Virus record (IMG/VR): IMGVR_UViG_3300037851_000480 | Span: 1-25,738 of that record | Direction: 5' to 3' (one strand) | Source of the DNA: a virus | Lineage: Duplodnaviria; Caudoviricetes | Length of the DNA: 25,738 nucleotides | Translations under genes and position numbers: made by a program | Shown: in pieces, positions 8,681 through 17,439 of the stretch | Layout of the letters: the number at the start of each line of letters is the position of its first letter | Position numbering within the stretch: the first letter of the stretch is position 1 | The notes under the pieces: generated by a model | What the model was told of the DNA's origin: nothing | Database searches by the model: none | Seen by the model: the letters and a program-made list of their open reading frames with translations, nothing else

Positions 8681-8870
8681 GTTCGCAAACAACACTGGAT
8701 GGCACCTGATCACGAACGCGAGCGGTTTGTATGCAGAGAGCGAACAGGGGACACTATTGTTCAGGCTGTCGACCACCAGTCCCGGAATGCTGGATTTTTA
8801 TGACAAAAAAACCCATCGCTATGTTCAGATAGCCGTTAATACACTGACAGAAATTACGAGAATGCGTTGA
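8655..8870 (+). CDS. Small hypothetical protein (possibly zinc-less Com-like)
   Basis: ATG at 8655. GTLLFRL.....GMLDFYDKKTHRYVQI parallels the spacing of Com-type Zn ribbons, without the Cys residues. Confidence 0.55.
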   Translation: MNPRDLCDRFANNTGWHLITNASGLYAESEQGTLLFRLSTTSPGMLDFYDKKTHRYVQIAVNTLTEITRMR

Positions 8871-8876
8871 TTTACG

Positions 8877-8908
8877 TGCTATAATAACGATATAGCTAGT
8901 GCCATAGT
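8877..8908 (+). promoter_or_regulatory. Extended -10 promoter and GTGCC tandem-repeat leader
   Basis: TGcTATAAT at 8877-8885; TAGTGCCATAGTGCC at 8897-8911. Confidence 0.7.
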
Positions 8909-8929
8909 GCCCCCGTAAGGGGGCTTTTT
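8909..8929 (+). terminator. Intrinsic terminator/attenuator before the protease-capsid operon
   Basis: GCCCCC-GTAA-GGGGGC followed by TTTTT. Confidence 0.8.
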
Positions 8930-8944
8930 ATTGGAGGGTGTATA

Positions 8945-10210
8945 TTGCCGTACAAAATAGTTCAGCGCGACGGAAAATATCTGGTTTACAAAATCGATGC
9001 AGAAGAGAATGCCATTGGCGATCCTCTGGGTGAGCACGACACAGAGGAAGAGGCGCAAAAGCAGATCGCTGCTTTGTATGCGTCAGAAAAAGCTGAGCAG
9101 GAAGAGCAGACCGAGAGCGTGAAACCTGACGCTCCGAAGAAAACCCGCACAGGGTACCTGTGCGAGATTACTGCACTGTCAGAAGCCACGATGGACGCGG
9201 ATAATAAGCGCGTTCGTGTTACGCTCATCAGGCCAGGCTGGTCGGCGAATAATCGCTATTATGGACAGCCTATGTTAGCGAGAGCGGCCAGTATGTTTGA
9301 AAATGCGAAAGCCTATTTCGATCATCCCAGCAAGGCCGAAAGCAAAGACAGACCAGAACGCTCGGTGCGTGACATTGCGGGATGGTACAGCGATGTTAGG
9401 TCTGAATCCGATGGGCGTATCACAGCAGATTTGAATATCATTGCTGATAGTGCGATTCCGCTGATAAATGCAGCAATCACGCGAAACTCGAATCTAGCCG
9501 GACTGTCGATAAACGCTATCGGCATAACCACGATGGGAGAGGCTGACGGGAAAAAGGGTGTAATTGTTGAGAGCATCGAAGAGGTAAAGTCGGGCGATAT
9601 AGTCACTACGCCAGCAGCAGGTGGAAAGTTCGAAGAGCTTCTCAATGCCAGCGTGAGTGATGGGATTGATATTATAAAAGCGATGCCAATGGCGGAGCTA
9701 ATCGAGAATTTACGCGACGCAAGGCAGGATGTCATGAAAGCGCTACAAAAGGAATGGAAGGTGGCGCGTGATAGTGATGCGCTGAGGACTGCGCGCGAGG
9801 AAGTGAAGAAACTGGGTGACGCTGAGAAAAAACTAAATCAGCAGAATCGGACATTGCAGGAGGCACTCGACAGAGCCAACGCTGAGCTGGTCGAGTTAAA
9901 ACGCCAGGCGAATGTCGACAGAATGCTCGAAACATCAAAGCTGCCCAAATCATGGAGGGACGCATTACGTGTGCAGATGTTGCAAGCACAACCTGATGGA
10001 TTAGCCGCGCTGCTGGAAGCGGAAACTAAAAAATATGAGACTATGAGGCCAGCGATTTCAATCGTTGGCGCTGGAGCTAATGTGACGAATACCACATTGC
10101 CGGCGGCGCGGTTTAATCCCATTGCAGCAGCACTTGGCGCAACAGATAGTAATGCGATCTACAACAACTTTGAAGAATATATGAAGTCAAAGATTAAGGA
10201 GAGTAAATAA
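8945..10210 (+). CDS. Prohead protease-scaffold fusion
   Basis: GGAGGG RBS, TTG start. Assemblin-fold motifs S.NNRYY, YFDHP, GLSINA.G, DIVTTPAAGG; C-terminal coiled coil; upstream of capsid. Confidence 0.85.
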   Translation: MPYKIVQRDGKYLVYKIDAEENAIGDPLGEHDTEEEAQKQIAALYASEKAEQEEQTESVKPDAPKKTRTGYLCEITALSEATMDADNKRVRVTLIRPGWSANNRYYGQPMLARAASMFENAKAYFDHPSKAESKDRPERSVRDIAGWYSDVRSESDGRITADLNIIADSAIPLINAAITRNSNLAGLSINAIGITTMGEADGKKGVIVESIEEVKSGDIVTTPAAGGKFEELLNASVSDGIDIIKAMPMAELIENLRDARQDVMKALQKEWKVARDSDALRTAREEVKKLGDAEKKLNQQNRTLQEALDRANAELVELKRQANVDRMLETSKLPKSWRDALRVQMLQAQPDGLAALLEAETKKYETMRPAISIVGAGANVTNTTLPAARFNPIAAALGATDSNAIYNNFEEYMKSKIKESK

Positions 10211-10758
10211 TGGCTAACACAGCAAATGACGCGGTTTTAGCTGCTGTAGCGTATGATGACGCAGTAATTTTTATGTCAGCATCAGGCACACAGACGATCA
10301 CTCGTGGTGACTGGATACTGGCAAGTGCAAGCTGGGCACTCAATGGCGGCAGTGGAGCAATCGGTTCTCCGGCCTATCGTGTATCGGCGCTTGGTATTGC
10401 GCTCGAAAACAATCCGACCTACAACTCCGTTGGGGTTGCAGTAAACAACAGCGGATTCAGCATCGCTCGACGTGGTGTTATGCGAGTATCAGCAGGAAAC
10501 TCTGGCACCGCTCGTACTATCCCTGTAGGAACATATGTATTTCCACAAGGGACTGGCAGCGGGATTGTTGGTCAGACCGGGCGAACTGGTGTTGGTGTGT
10601 CATGGTTGACAGCGCCCCCAGTGTCTATATCTGGCAACCCAACAGGTGCTATGGCATCGGGTGTTGCAATCGTTATCGCTCACCCGGTTGGTGGCGATAG
10701 TGGTATCGGCCAGTTGGACATCGTGTTTAATCTGGCTACTAATGCTCCGTGGTTATAG
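10210..10758 (+). CDS. Capsid decoration/cement protein
   Basis: Gly/Ala/Ser-rich beta protein between scaffold and capsid; I.RGD...LGIALE...ARRGV pattern. Confidence 0.7.
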   Translation: MANTANDAVLAAVAYDDAVIFMSASGTQTITRGDWILASASWALNGGSGAIGSPAYRVSALGIALENNPTYNSVGVAVNNSGFSIARRGVMRVSAGNSGTARTIPVGTYVFPQGTGSGIVGQTGRTGVGVSWLTAPPVSISGNPTGAMASGVAIVIAHPVGGDSGIGQLDIVFNLATNAPWL

Positions 10759-10770
10759 GGGGATAAAAAA

Positions 10771-11844
10771 ATGTTAGACAAAACAAAGGTTATTGAGATA
10801 ATTGACCCTGTAGCGCAGGAGATAAAAGAGACTGTTATCGACCAGAGCGCGAAGCCTGTTTCTACTGAGCCGAATCCGTTCAACACATACAAAAACACTG
10901 CCGGCCAGCGGATGACACTGTCTGAGGTCGCAGCACTTACAACGTCACAGTTTCCATCGCTTCTGAAGGACGGCCTTCGTCCTATCCTTTATGAGACCTA
11001 TGCGAACTTCCCGTCAACATGGCAGTTGTGGGCAGATCAGATGCAGTCTGATAAGCCGTATGAGGACTGGCTCGAATTTGACAAGATGGGGATTGCTCCC
11101 CTTGTTCCTGAGGGAGATGCCTATCCACACGTCAAGGTCGATTTTGACAGGACGGTGCAGATCAAGAATAACAAGTACGGGTTCATTCTGCCCATCACAA
11201 AAGAGATGATCCGCTTCGATCGTGTAAACATGATCCGGCAGCTAATCTCTGATCTGGGCCCGACGCTCGCTTACACTAAGGAGCAAAAGGCCTATGACGT
11301 GATCACTACTACTGCAAACTATGATCGCGCAACTACAGACTGCGCAGCGGGGGCAGTAAACTACTCGTCAACAGCGTTCAGCGCGACGGGTGTTATCACT
11401 GCACTAAATGTTCTGCGCACTCAGTGGGAAGCCACATCAGGGCGTTATCTGGGAGTTATGCCAGACACATTGATTTGTGGCCCTCAGCTGGAATACTATG
11501 CCAAGCAGCTGCTGCTCGCCGATCTGGTTGTGCGCCAGCATGGCAACACGAGCGCTGAGGTCATCGGAACCGGGCAGGAGAATCCACTTCGTCCGTATTT
11601 CAAGCAGATCATTGTTTCGCCTTTCATGCAGTCAACAGCATGGGTGGTAATGGAGGCCAAGAAGGCCGTGGTTGTACAGAACGTCGAGGGGCCGGAAATC
11701 ATTCAGGCAACTATGACAGGAGACAATTACAACTATCTCAACTACGATGTGCTGGAATACAGGATCAGCGAGTGGTTTGGCGTAGGGATGCTGAACTCAC
11801 GCTTTGCGTACTACTCAACAGGTGGAACTCCTGCGGTAACGTAG
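10771..11844 (+). CDS. Major capsid protein (Mu gpT-like, HK97 fold)
   Basis: TSQFPSLL, KYG....ITKEMI..D, PDTLICGPQLE..AKQLL; size and position fit. Confidence 0.9.
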   Translation: MLDKTKVIEIIDPVAQEIKETVIDQSAKPVSTEPNPFNTYKNTAGQRMTLSEVAALTTSQFPSLLKDGLRPILYETYANFPSTWQLWADQMQSDKPYEDWLEFDKMGIAPLVPEGDAYPHVKVDFDRTVQIKNNKYGFILPITKEMIRFDRVNMIRQLISDLGPTLAYTKEQKAYDVITTTANYDRATTDCAAGAVNYSSTAFSATGVITALNVLRTQWEATSGRYLGVMPDTLICGPQLEYYAKQLLLADLVVRQHGNTSAEVIGTGQENPLRPYFKQIIVSPFMQSTAWVVMEAKKAVVVQNVEGPEIIQATMTGDNYNYLNYDVLEYRISEWFGVGMLNSRFAYYSTGGTPAVT

Positions 11845-11870
11845 TAACATCCTAAAACTGAATAGAATAA

Positions 11871-11894
11871 GGTGGGGGTGAAATATCCCCCACC
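11871..11894. terminator. GC-rich hairpin after capsid gene
   Basis: GGTGGGGG (11871-78) / CCCCCACC (11887-94). No U-tract on the + strand, so it may be a stabiliser or weak terminator. Confidence 0.55.
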
Positions 11895-11912
11895 AAAATA
11901 CACGAGGAAACT

Positions 11913-12374
11913 ATGACATACACAAAAGAAGAAGCTCACAAGTACGCGACATTTCTATACGAGCTGAACGAGGAATTGCACAAGCTCGACCCGAAAGCGA
12001 TTCGAGTGATTGATGGATTGCGTGAAGCACTCAGGCAGGGTGTTGTGGAAATGTTTGTCGGATTGCCGCAGCGAGTTGAGCCTGAGCAGTGGTTCAACAG
12101 CGCTCACCGTTCGGTATGGGCATCGCAAATTGTTGAGATGTACAATCGATACTATCACTCACCAAGTGCCGATGACAGGATCGCGGAGCTTGAGATTGCA
12201 GTATCAACGCTAACAGCAAAACTAAACGAAGCTGCTCGCGTGACTGAAGAGCATGAGCAGGAGCCGGCGGCAGAAGAAGAGCAGGTGGCCACAGCTGCTC
12301 CTGAAGATGATAAAGAAGAATCTAAAGAGCCTGATGTAGCAGGGGAAGCGGAAGAGACCGGATCGGAGGAATGA
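11913..12374 (+). CDS. Hypothetical protein with coiled coil and acidic tail
   Basis: GAGG RBS; Glu-rich C-terminus. Confidence 0.75.
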   Translation: MTYTKEEAHKYATFLYELNEELHKLDPKAIRVIDGLREALRQGVVEMFVGLPQRVEPEQWFNSAHRSVWASQIVEMYNRYYHSPSADDRIAELEIAVSTLTAKLNEAARVTEEHEQEPAAEEEQVATAAPEDDKEESKEPDVAGEAEETGSEE

Positions 12375-12745
12375 TGGTTCACGTTTACAGTGACGACGAT
12401 AAAGCGGGATGGATCATGAGTGGCGTGTCTGCTCAGGGGACTGCTACTACCGCAATTGATGCACGCGCAACTGTTGGAAATTTTACGGTTGATTGGTCTG
12501 CATCGGGGAATGGGCCATCAGGTGGAGCGAGCGCAATTTTTACGATACTTCACTCTCCGATTTCTGGCTGGTGGAAAACGGTCAGCACGATTACTGCTGC
12601 GGCTGCCGCCGGAACGAGCGCGCAAGGGCACATCATGTATACAGGATACCCTGGATATTTGACTTGCAGAGTTGATAAACTGTACAGCGCAGCCATGTCC
12701 GGTACTGGCAGCGTCTACATCTATTTCAGATCGGTGTATATCTAA
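12371..12745 (+). CDS. Beta-rich putative virion protein
   Basis: ATGA coupling, GGAGG RBS; Ser/Gly/Ala/Thr-rich. Confidence 0.7.
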   Translation: MMVHVYSDDDKAGWIMSGVSAQGTATTAIDARATVGNFTVDWSASGNGPSGGASAIFTILHSPISGWWKTVSTITAAAAAGTSAQGHIMYTGYPGYLTCRVDKLYSAAMSGTGSVYIYFRSVYI

Positions 12746-13288
12746 ATGGCACTAACGACTGGTGAGCAGGTCAGGTTGCTGATACAGGATCAGTTTAGAT
12801 ATGATACTGAAACTATCGTTGGTGATGGCACAGCGTCCGCTTTTAAGCTCAGGCAAGGACTTCCGCATTCTCAGTTATCTGCCAGTTCTACGGCGATGGT
12901 TGCAACCACAGCAGGGTGGAGTGCCACAGGCGCAACCATCGATCATAGATATGGGCGCGTGATCTTCTCTGGAGTTATCAGTGCCAACAGCGCTGTAAAT
13001 GTCGGGTACTATTGGAGTGTATTTTCTGAGGATGAGATTGGTCATTACACGGCGATAGCTGGCAGCGTTAATGGCGCAGCGAGAGAGGCCATCAGGGCAT
13101 TGATGGTCAACTATGCGAAGCGCGGGAAATGGGCTGCTCCCGACGGCAGCAACTATGATGACACGATGGCAATGCAAAATCTGAAAACCATCTACGATGA
13201 TCTGGTAAGTGAGGATTTGGGGTCTGATAGCGCGCCTGAGGGTGGGGCTGCCAACTGGCCGGAAGAGCAGACATACTGGGGGTACTGA
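12746..13288 (+). CDS. Putative head-tail adaptor with inserted beta domain
   Basis: QVRLLIQD...FSEDEI...AAREAIRAL connector-like helices flank a GDGTASAFKL beta insert; position fits. Confidence 0.7.
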   Translation: MALTTGEQVRLLIQDQFRYDTETIVGDGTASAFKLRQGLPHSQLSASSTAMVATTAGWSATGATIDHRYGRVIFSGVISANSAVNVGYYWSVFSEDEIGHYTAIAGSVNGAAREAIRALMVNYAKRGKWAAPDGSNYDDTMAMQNLKTIYDDLVSEDLGSDSAPEGGAANWPEEQTYWGY

Positions 13289-13290
13289 CA

Positions 13291-13671
13291 GTGGGACGTT
13301 CTGATTTTGGCAGGATAGTGCAGCAGCACCGTGGGATAGCTGATAACGTGGGAGATACAGCGATATGGCGCAGACATATTGGTGCTGCTTCTGTTAGCGA
13401 TATGGCACGTGCAGCTGGTGATGATGGTGCATCTACCTATTTCGAGCAAACGTGTACAGGGTTGTTCAGAACTGTTGTTTTTGGTGAGCAGCTGGTCAAT
13501 GGTGGACAGGTGGTTGCAGGGGATGTCGTCGCTACCATTGTTGATGCAGTACCATCCCAAAATGATGAAATTGTGTGGCGTGGAACAACATACAGAGTAG
13601 AGAGTGACACGCTACCCCAGCAAATTATGGGCGCTAGCGGATACAGGCTATTGTTGCGCAGGGGTCAATAG
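13291..13671 (+). CDS. Putative head-closure (stopper) protein
   Basis: PSQNDEIVWRGTTYRV (D.I.W.G..Y.V) motif; follows the adaptor. Confidence 0.7.
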   Translation: MGRSDFGRIVQQHRGIADNVGDTAIWRRHIGAASVSDMARAAGDDGASTYFEQTCTGLFRTVVFGEQLVNGGQVVAGDVVATIVDAVPSQNDEIVWRGTTYRVESDTLPQQIMGASGYRLLLRRGQ

Positions 13672-13700
13672 CCTGTCGCTATCCGGCTTGTTCGCATGTT

Positions 13701-13732
13701 ATAACTACAGTGAAAACTGTAGTTATTTTTTT
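13701..13732 (+). terminator. Intrinsic terminator overlapping a possible promoter
   Basis: Perfect 11-bp stem ATAACTACAGT-GAAA-ACTGTAGTTAT plus T-run; TGtTATAAC at 13697-13705. Confidence 0.7.
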
Positions 13733-13742
13733 GTGAGGTGGT

Positions 13743-15143
13743 ATGGAAATATTAACAAAAGAAGACGGTACAAAGTACAAAATCGCCTGGGTCGGGGACA
13801 TCGTTACGCCATCCGGGTTTGGGCGAATTGGTAACGAGGTATGCCGGCGATTGGTGATGAGAGGATGGGACATCATTGCGGCGAGTTACCAGTGGGGCGG
13901 GTATCCGTGGGCTGATCCCGCCGCGTTCCCATATAAGATTTTTCCTCTGGGCGGACGTGAGCCATTTGGTAATCTGGCAGGATGGATAGCTCAAGAGAAT
14001 CCTGACATCGTTATTAGCTGTCAGGACTTTCCGTACGCAGAGACTATCTACAACAATCTCCGTATCGACTGGTCAACAAAATTGATGGTTGTAATCACAC
14101 CGATTGATGGTGTGCCAATACATCCAAACTGGCTGGCACTGGTCGATGACGTTGATGCTACGATGGTTATATCTGAGTTTGGGGTTGAGGCGATGCGCAT
14201 GGCTGGAAAACAGGTACACCTGCTGCATCCAGCTACAAACTCCAACGAGTTTTACCCAGCAGACAGCAAAGAAGAAGTTTTTTCTGTGAGAGAAAAAATT
14301 GGCATGCCCAGGGATGCGTTTGTAGTTGGATCGTTTATGATGAATCAGGGCAGAAAAGCAATTCCAGATGTGATCGAACTGTTCTACGAATTCTCTCGCG
14401 ACAAAAAAAACACATTCCTGTATCTGGATATGGATAAAACATCCCCCGCTGGATGGGACATCCCCAGTGTGATCAAGCAGATGAACGCCGATCCATCCAA
14501 ACTACTTTTTAAGGGGGATGCGTTCAAAGTCGGAATGACATCATTGCGTGACAGGTATCTGTTGTGTGATGTCACGTGTCAGCTAGCCCATAGAGAGGGT
14601 TTTGGGCTTCCGAACATTGAAAGCCAGGCGTGTAAACTACCCGTGATGGTGCTGGACTGGTGCAGTGGCAGCGAGATAGCTGGCGAAGAGCGCGGTATAC
14701 TGGTTCGTCGCATCGATTACATGACACGAGGTACATGGGGAGGAGCAAGAGACGCATTCCCTGACATGAGAGACGCGCTCGCGAAACTGAATGCTGTTTA
14801 TTATGATGCGGATTTGCGACAGAAGTTAGGGAACAATGGGTACAAATACGCTACCAGCTACACATGGGACATGGCGGCTGACAGTTTAGAGACTGTCATC
14901 AAAAATGCGATAAAGTTACGAAAAAGTGAAACAAAACAGAAAAACGAGGGAAATATATATGTGCCAGGAACAGGGCTCGCAGACGAAGGGGATAGTCGTG
15001 CCACTAGAGGCTACACTTCCACCCCCACCAACGCTGTCGATTGTCGTTCCGTATTACAGGAGCTTACCACAGCTGATCAAGCTGCTTCAGTCGATGATCA
15101 ACACAGTGGCGATGGACAGGACACAGATAATCGTACAGGATGA
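13743..15143 (+). CDS. Glycosyltransferase, GT4-like (GT-B)
   Basis: SGFGRI, NQGRKAIP, EGFGLPNIESQACKLPV (E-x7-E), YTWD; GAGGTG RBS. Confidence 0.93.
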   Translation: MEILTKEDGTKYKIAWVGDIVTPSGFGRIGNEVCRRLVMRGWDIIAASYQWGGYPWADPAAFPYKIFPLGGREPFGNLAGWIAQENPDIVISCQDFPYAETIYNNLRIDWSTKLMVVITPIDGVPIHPNWLALVDDVDATMVISEFGVEAMRMAGKQVHLLHPATNSNEFYPADSKEEVFSVREKIGMPRDAFVVGSFMMNQGRKAIPDVIELFYEFSRDKKNTFLYLDMDKTSPAGWDIPSVIKQMNADPSKLLFKGDAFKVGMTSLRDRYLLCDVTCQLAHREGFGLPNIESQACKLPVMVLDWCSGSEIAGEERGILVRRIDYMTRGTWGGARDAFPDMRDALAKLNAVYYDADLRQKLGNNGYKYATSYTWDMAADSLETVIKNAIKLRKSETKQKNEGNIYVPGTGLADEGDSRATRGYTSTPTNAVDCRSVLQELTTADQAASVDDQHSGDGQDTDNRTG

Positions 15144-15783
15144 CTGTACCCCTGAGCATGATATACGCGATCTGCTGCGAGGGCCATTTACTATCAATCG
15201 CAATGCCGAAAATATCGGGTTTGCTGGAAATTGCAATGCAGGCGCTCAATTTGCAGACGGTGAGTGTATATGTTTTCTGAATCAGGACATAGCAGCGATT
15301 AACACCGGTTGGGCCGATTATATGCTGATGGTACTGGCAACAGACGAGAGTGCTGGGATAGTTGGTCCAAAACTGCTATTTCCAAACAATAGCATTCAGT
15401 CTGCTGGCGGTTTGTTTGATGGTAACAAGGGGCCTTTTCACAGGTATCTTGGATGGGCCGATCCAGATGACAGGCGCATCAATAAGCTGGAAAAAGTGTC
15501 GTGGCTAACAGGTGCTTGCATTATGATGAGAACAGCGGAATTTCATGCACTGGGCGGCTTCGATGAGGGGTATACTGGCGGGTATTTTGAGGATGTTGAT
15601 CTGTGTATGCGAGTAAAGCATGAGATCAAAAAACATATCTGGTATCAACCTGCTTCCCACCTGTATCATGATGCAGGCTCGACAGGTGGAAATAAAAATT
15701 TTATGAAAAACAGCATACGGTTCCACCAGAAGTGGGACAGCCAGATTGTGCCAGATACTCATGTTGTATGGGTCAATTACTAA
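14959..15783 (+). CDS. Glycosyltransferase, GT2 (WbbL/rhamnosyltransferase-like)
   Basis: LSIVVP, IIVQDDCT, N.GFAGNCNAG, FLNQD, WLTGAC, GGFDE.Y...YFEDVDLC.R; GAGGG RBS before ATG 14959. Confidence 0.93.
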   Translation: MCQEQGSQTKGIVVPLEATLPPPPTLSIVVPYYRSLPQLIKLLQSMINTVAMDRTQIIVQDDCTPEHDIRDLLRGPFTINRNAENIGFAGNCNAGAQFADGECICFLNQDIAAINTGWADYMLMVLATDESAGIVGPKLLFPNNSIQSAGGLFDGNKGPFHRYLGWADPDDRRINKLEKVSWLTGACIMMRTAEFHALGGFDEGYTGGYFEDVDLCMRVKHEIKKHIWYQPASHLYHDAGSTGGNKNFMKNSIRFHQKWDSQIVPDTHVVWVNY

Positions 15784-16658
15784 TGGACACAAAAAAAATA
15801 CTACTGCTGCAGACACTCTATCCTGTTTGTAGTGGGCGATATATGTACGATGCTTTTGAGCGGTTGGGTCACGATGTACGTGCTGCCGGAGATCGTGATG
15901 AGATAAAAAATCGGATATGGGGAATGCGGGTAAACGCGCGGCACATCTGGAATCCAAAGCGCCTTGAGGAGGGATGGTTCCCTGATCTTGTGCTGGTAAT
16001 GGATTCGTTCACGATGATAAAAAACAGGCTGTCCTGCGCGACCGCAGTTTATGGCGTAGATAATCACGTCTCACGCTATTTTTATGATGATGGAATCCGG
16101 TATGATCATTATTTTTTTGCGCACCATGACGGCCCGGCTATGCCAGTTTCAGAGATAGGGGCAATCTGGTTACCATGTGCATACGATGAGAGATTTTTTT
16201 GCAGCACTGACAGGAGCATCGAAGAACGCCCCTTTGACTTTGGGTTTAATGGGGTACTGTATCATAATCGAGCGCAGCTGATTGATGACATCCGTGATAG
16301 TGGGCATAGCGTATTATCAACGACGGGGTTATTGTATGGCGAGTACAACGCAGTAATGGGGTTGTGTAAAGTTGGGCTGTGCCTGAGCGTTAATGGCGAT
16401 CTGGCAATCCGGGTTTTTGAAAACATGGCGTCAGGGTGCGTAGTAATGACAGATGCAACAAAAGACCTTGAGCGTCTGGGCGCTCGTGACGGCGAGGAGT
16501 TTATTGGGTTTGATGGTACGATTTACGATTTGATTAAAAAGTACGATTCGATGTCAGAAAGCGATCTGGTGCGTATACAAAAAAACTCAGAACGATGGGT
16601 AAAAAATCACACATGGACACACAGAGCGCAACGGATACTGGAGGTAGTTTTTGGGTAA
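15783..16658 (+). CDS. Glycosyltransferase, CgeB/YkvP-like (Glyco_trans_1_2)
   Basis: WLPCAYDE, FDFGFNG.L...R, RVFENMASG.VVMTD, HTW.HRA..IL; TAATG coupling. Confidence 0.85.
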   Translation: MDTKKILLLQTLYPVCSGRYMYDAFERLGHDVRAAGDRDEIKNRIWGMRVNARHIWNPKRLEEGWFPDLVLVMDSFTMIKNRLSCATAVYGVDNHVSRYFYDDGIRYDHYFFAHHDGPAMPVSEIGAIWLPCAYDERFFCSTDRSIEERPFDFGFNGVLYHNRAQLIDDIRDSGHSVLSTTGLLYGEYNAVMGLCKVGLCLSVNGDLAIRVFENMASGCVVMTDATKDLERLGARDGEEFIGFDGTIYDLIKKYDSMSESDLVRIQKNSERWVKNHTWTHRAQRILEVVFG

Positions 16659-17439
16659 AAAAATCTACCTGTCTGCCAGTTCGTGGCCGGGTGACCCTGC
16701 ACGGTATTTGATGAGAGCGTTTAAGCAGATTGGTCACGAACTGGCGATCAAATACTGGGAGTCTGACCTGATAGTCAACTCGTGCAACAAATACGCAGTA
16801 TCATCAAGATGTCCAGAATGTGCATACATTCTGGATAGTATGCAGTACGATTTTTCTGATAGCGCGTATGAGTACATAAAAATGGGTTATTCCAGACCAG
16901 TGTATTTTGTCGATAGCCGCGATGTAACCAGCGAGAATCATAAATGGCTGCCATACGCCTATGATGAACAGCTTCATGGTTTTGGTTACGCATATGATGA
17001 GCGTCCGTTTGCCGTGGTGCTGTATGGGCAGATAAATGATAAACGACAGAAAGTGCTGGATGAGGTAAAAAAAATAACACATGTTGCGACCGGGTATGGC
17101 GACCATATTCTTTACAGCACGTGCTATAAAGCGGCAAAAATCAGCCTGTGCCAGTCTCGCTGCGGTAATCTGGACAGCAGGTTTTTTGAGAGTATGGCAA
17201 TGGGCGCTGTGGTGGTGGCGGACAGGAGAGCGGATATAGACGCACTTGGTTTTATCGATGGCGTCGATTATCTGGGATACGATACACCAGATGAGGCGGC
17301 GGATTGTGTCGAGCGGCTGTTGTCATTCCCGTCGCTTGCAAAATCACTGCAAGCTCACGCTTTGCAGTCAGTGAAACCTCACTCGTGGACTGCACGAGTG
17401 CAAAAAATATTGGAGGATTTTGGGTTATGCGAGGATTGA
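16651..17439 (+). CDS. Glycosyltransferase, CgeB/YkvP-like (paralogue)
   Basis: WLPYAYDE, RFFESMAMG.VVVAD, HSW.ARV.KIL; GGAGGT RBS with TTG start. Confidence 0.85.
   Translation: MGKKIYLSASSWPGDPARYLMRAFKQIGHELAIKYWESDLIVNSCNKYAVSSRCPECAYILDSMQYDFSDSAYEYIKMGYSRPVYFVDSRDVTSENHKWLPYAYDEQLHGFGYAYDERPFAVVLYGQINDKRQKVLDEVKKITHVATGYGDHILYSTCYKAAKISLCQSRCGNLDSRFFESMAMGAVVVADRRADIDALGFIDGVDYLGYDTPDEAADCVERLLSFPSLAKSLQAHALQSVKPHSWTARVQKILEDFGLCED

Noticed and set aside
12743-12748. In-frame TAA-ATG junction suggesting read-through or stop-codon recoding
   Set aside because: TAA, TAG and TGA all end intact genes here, so there is no sign of an alternative genetic code.
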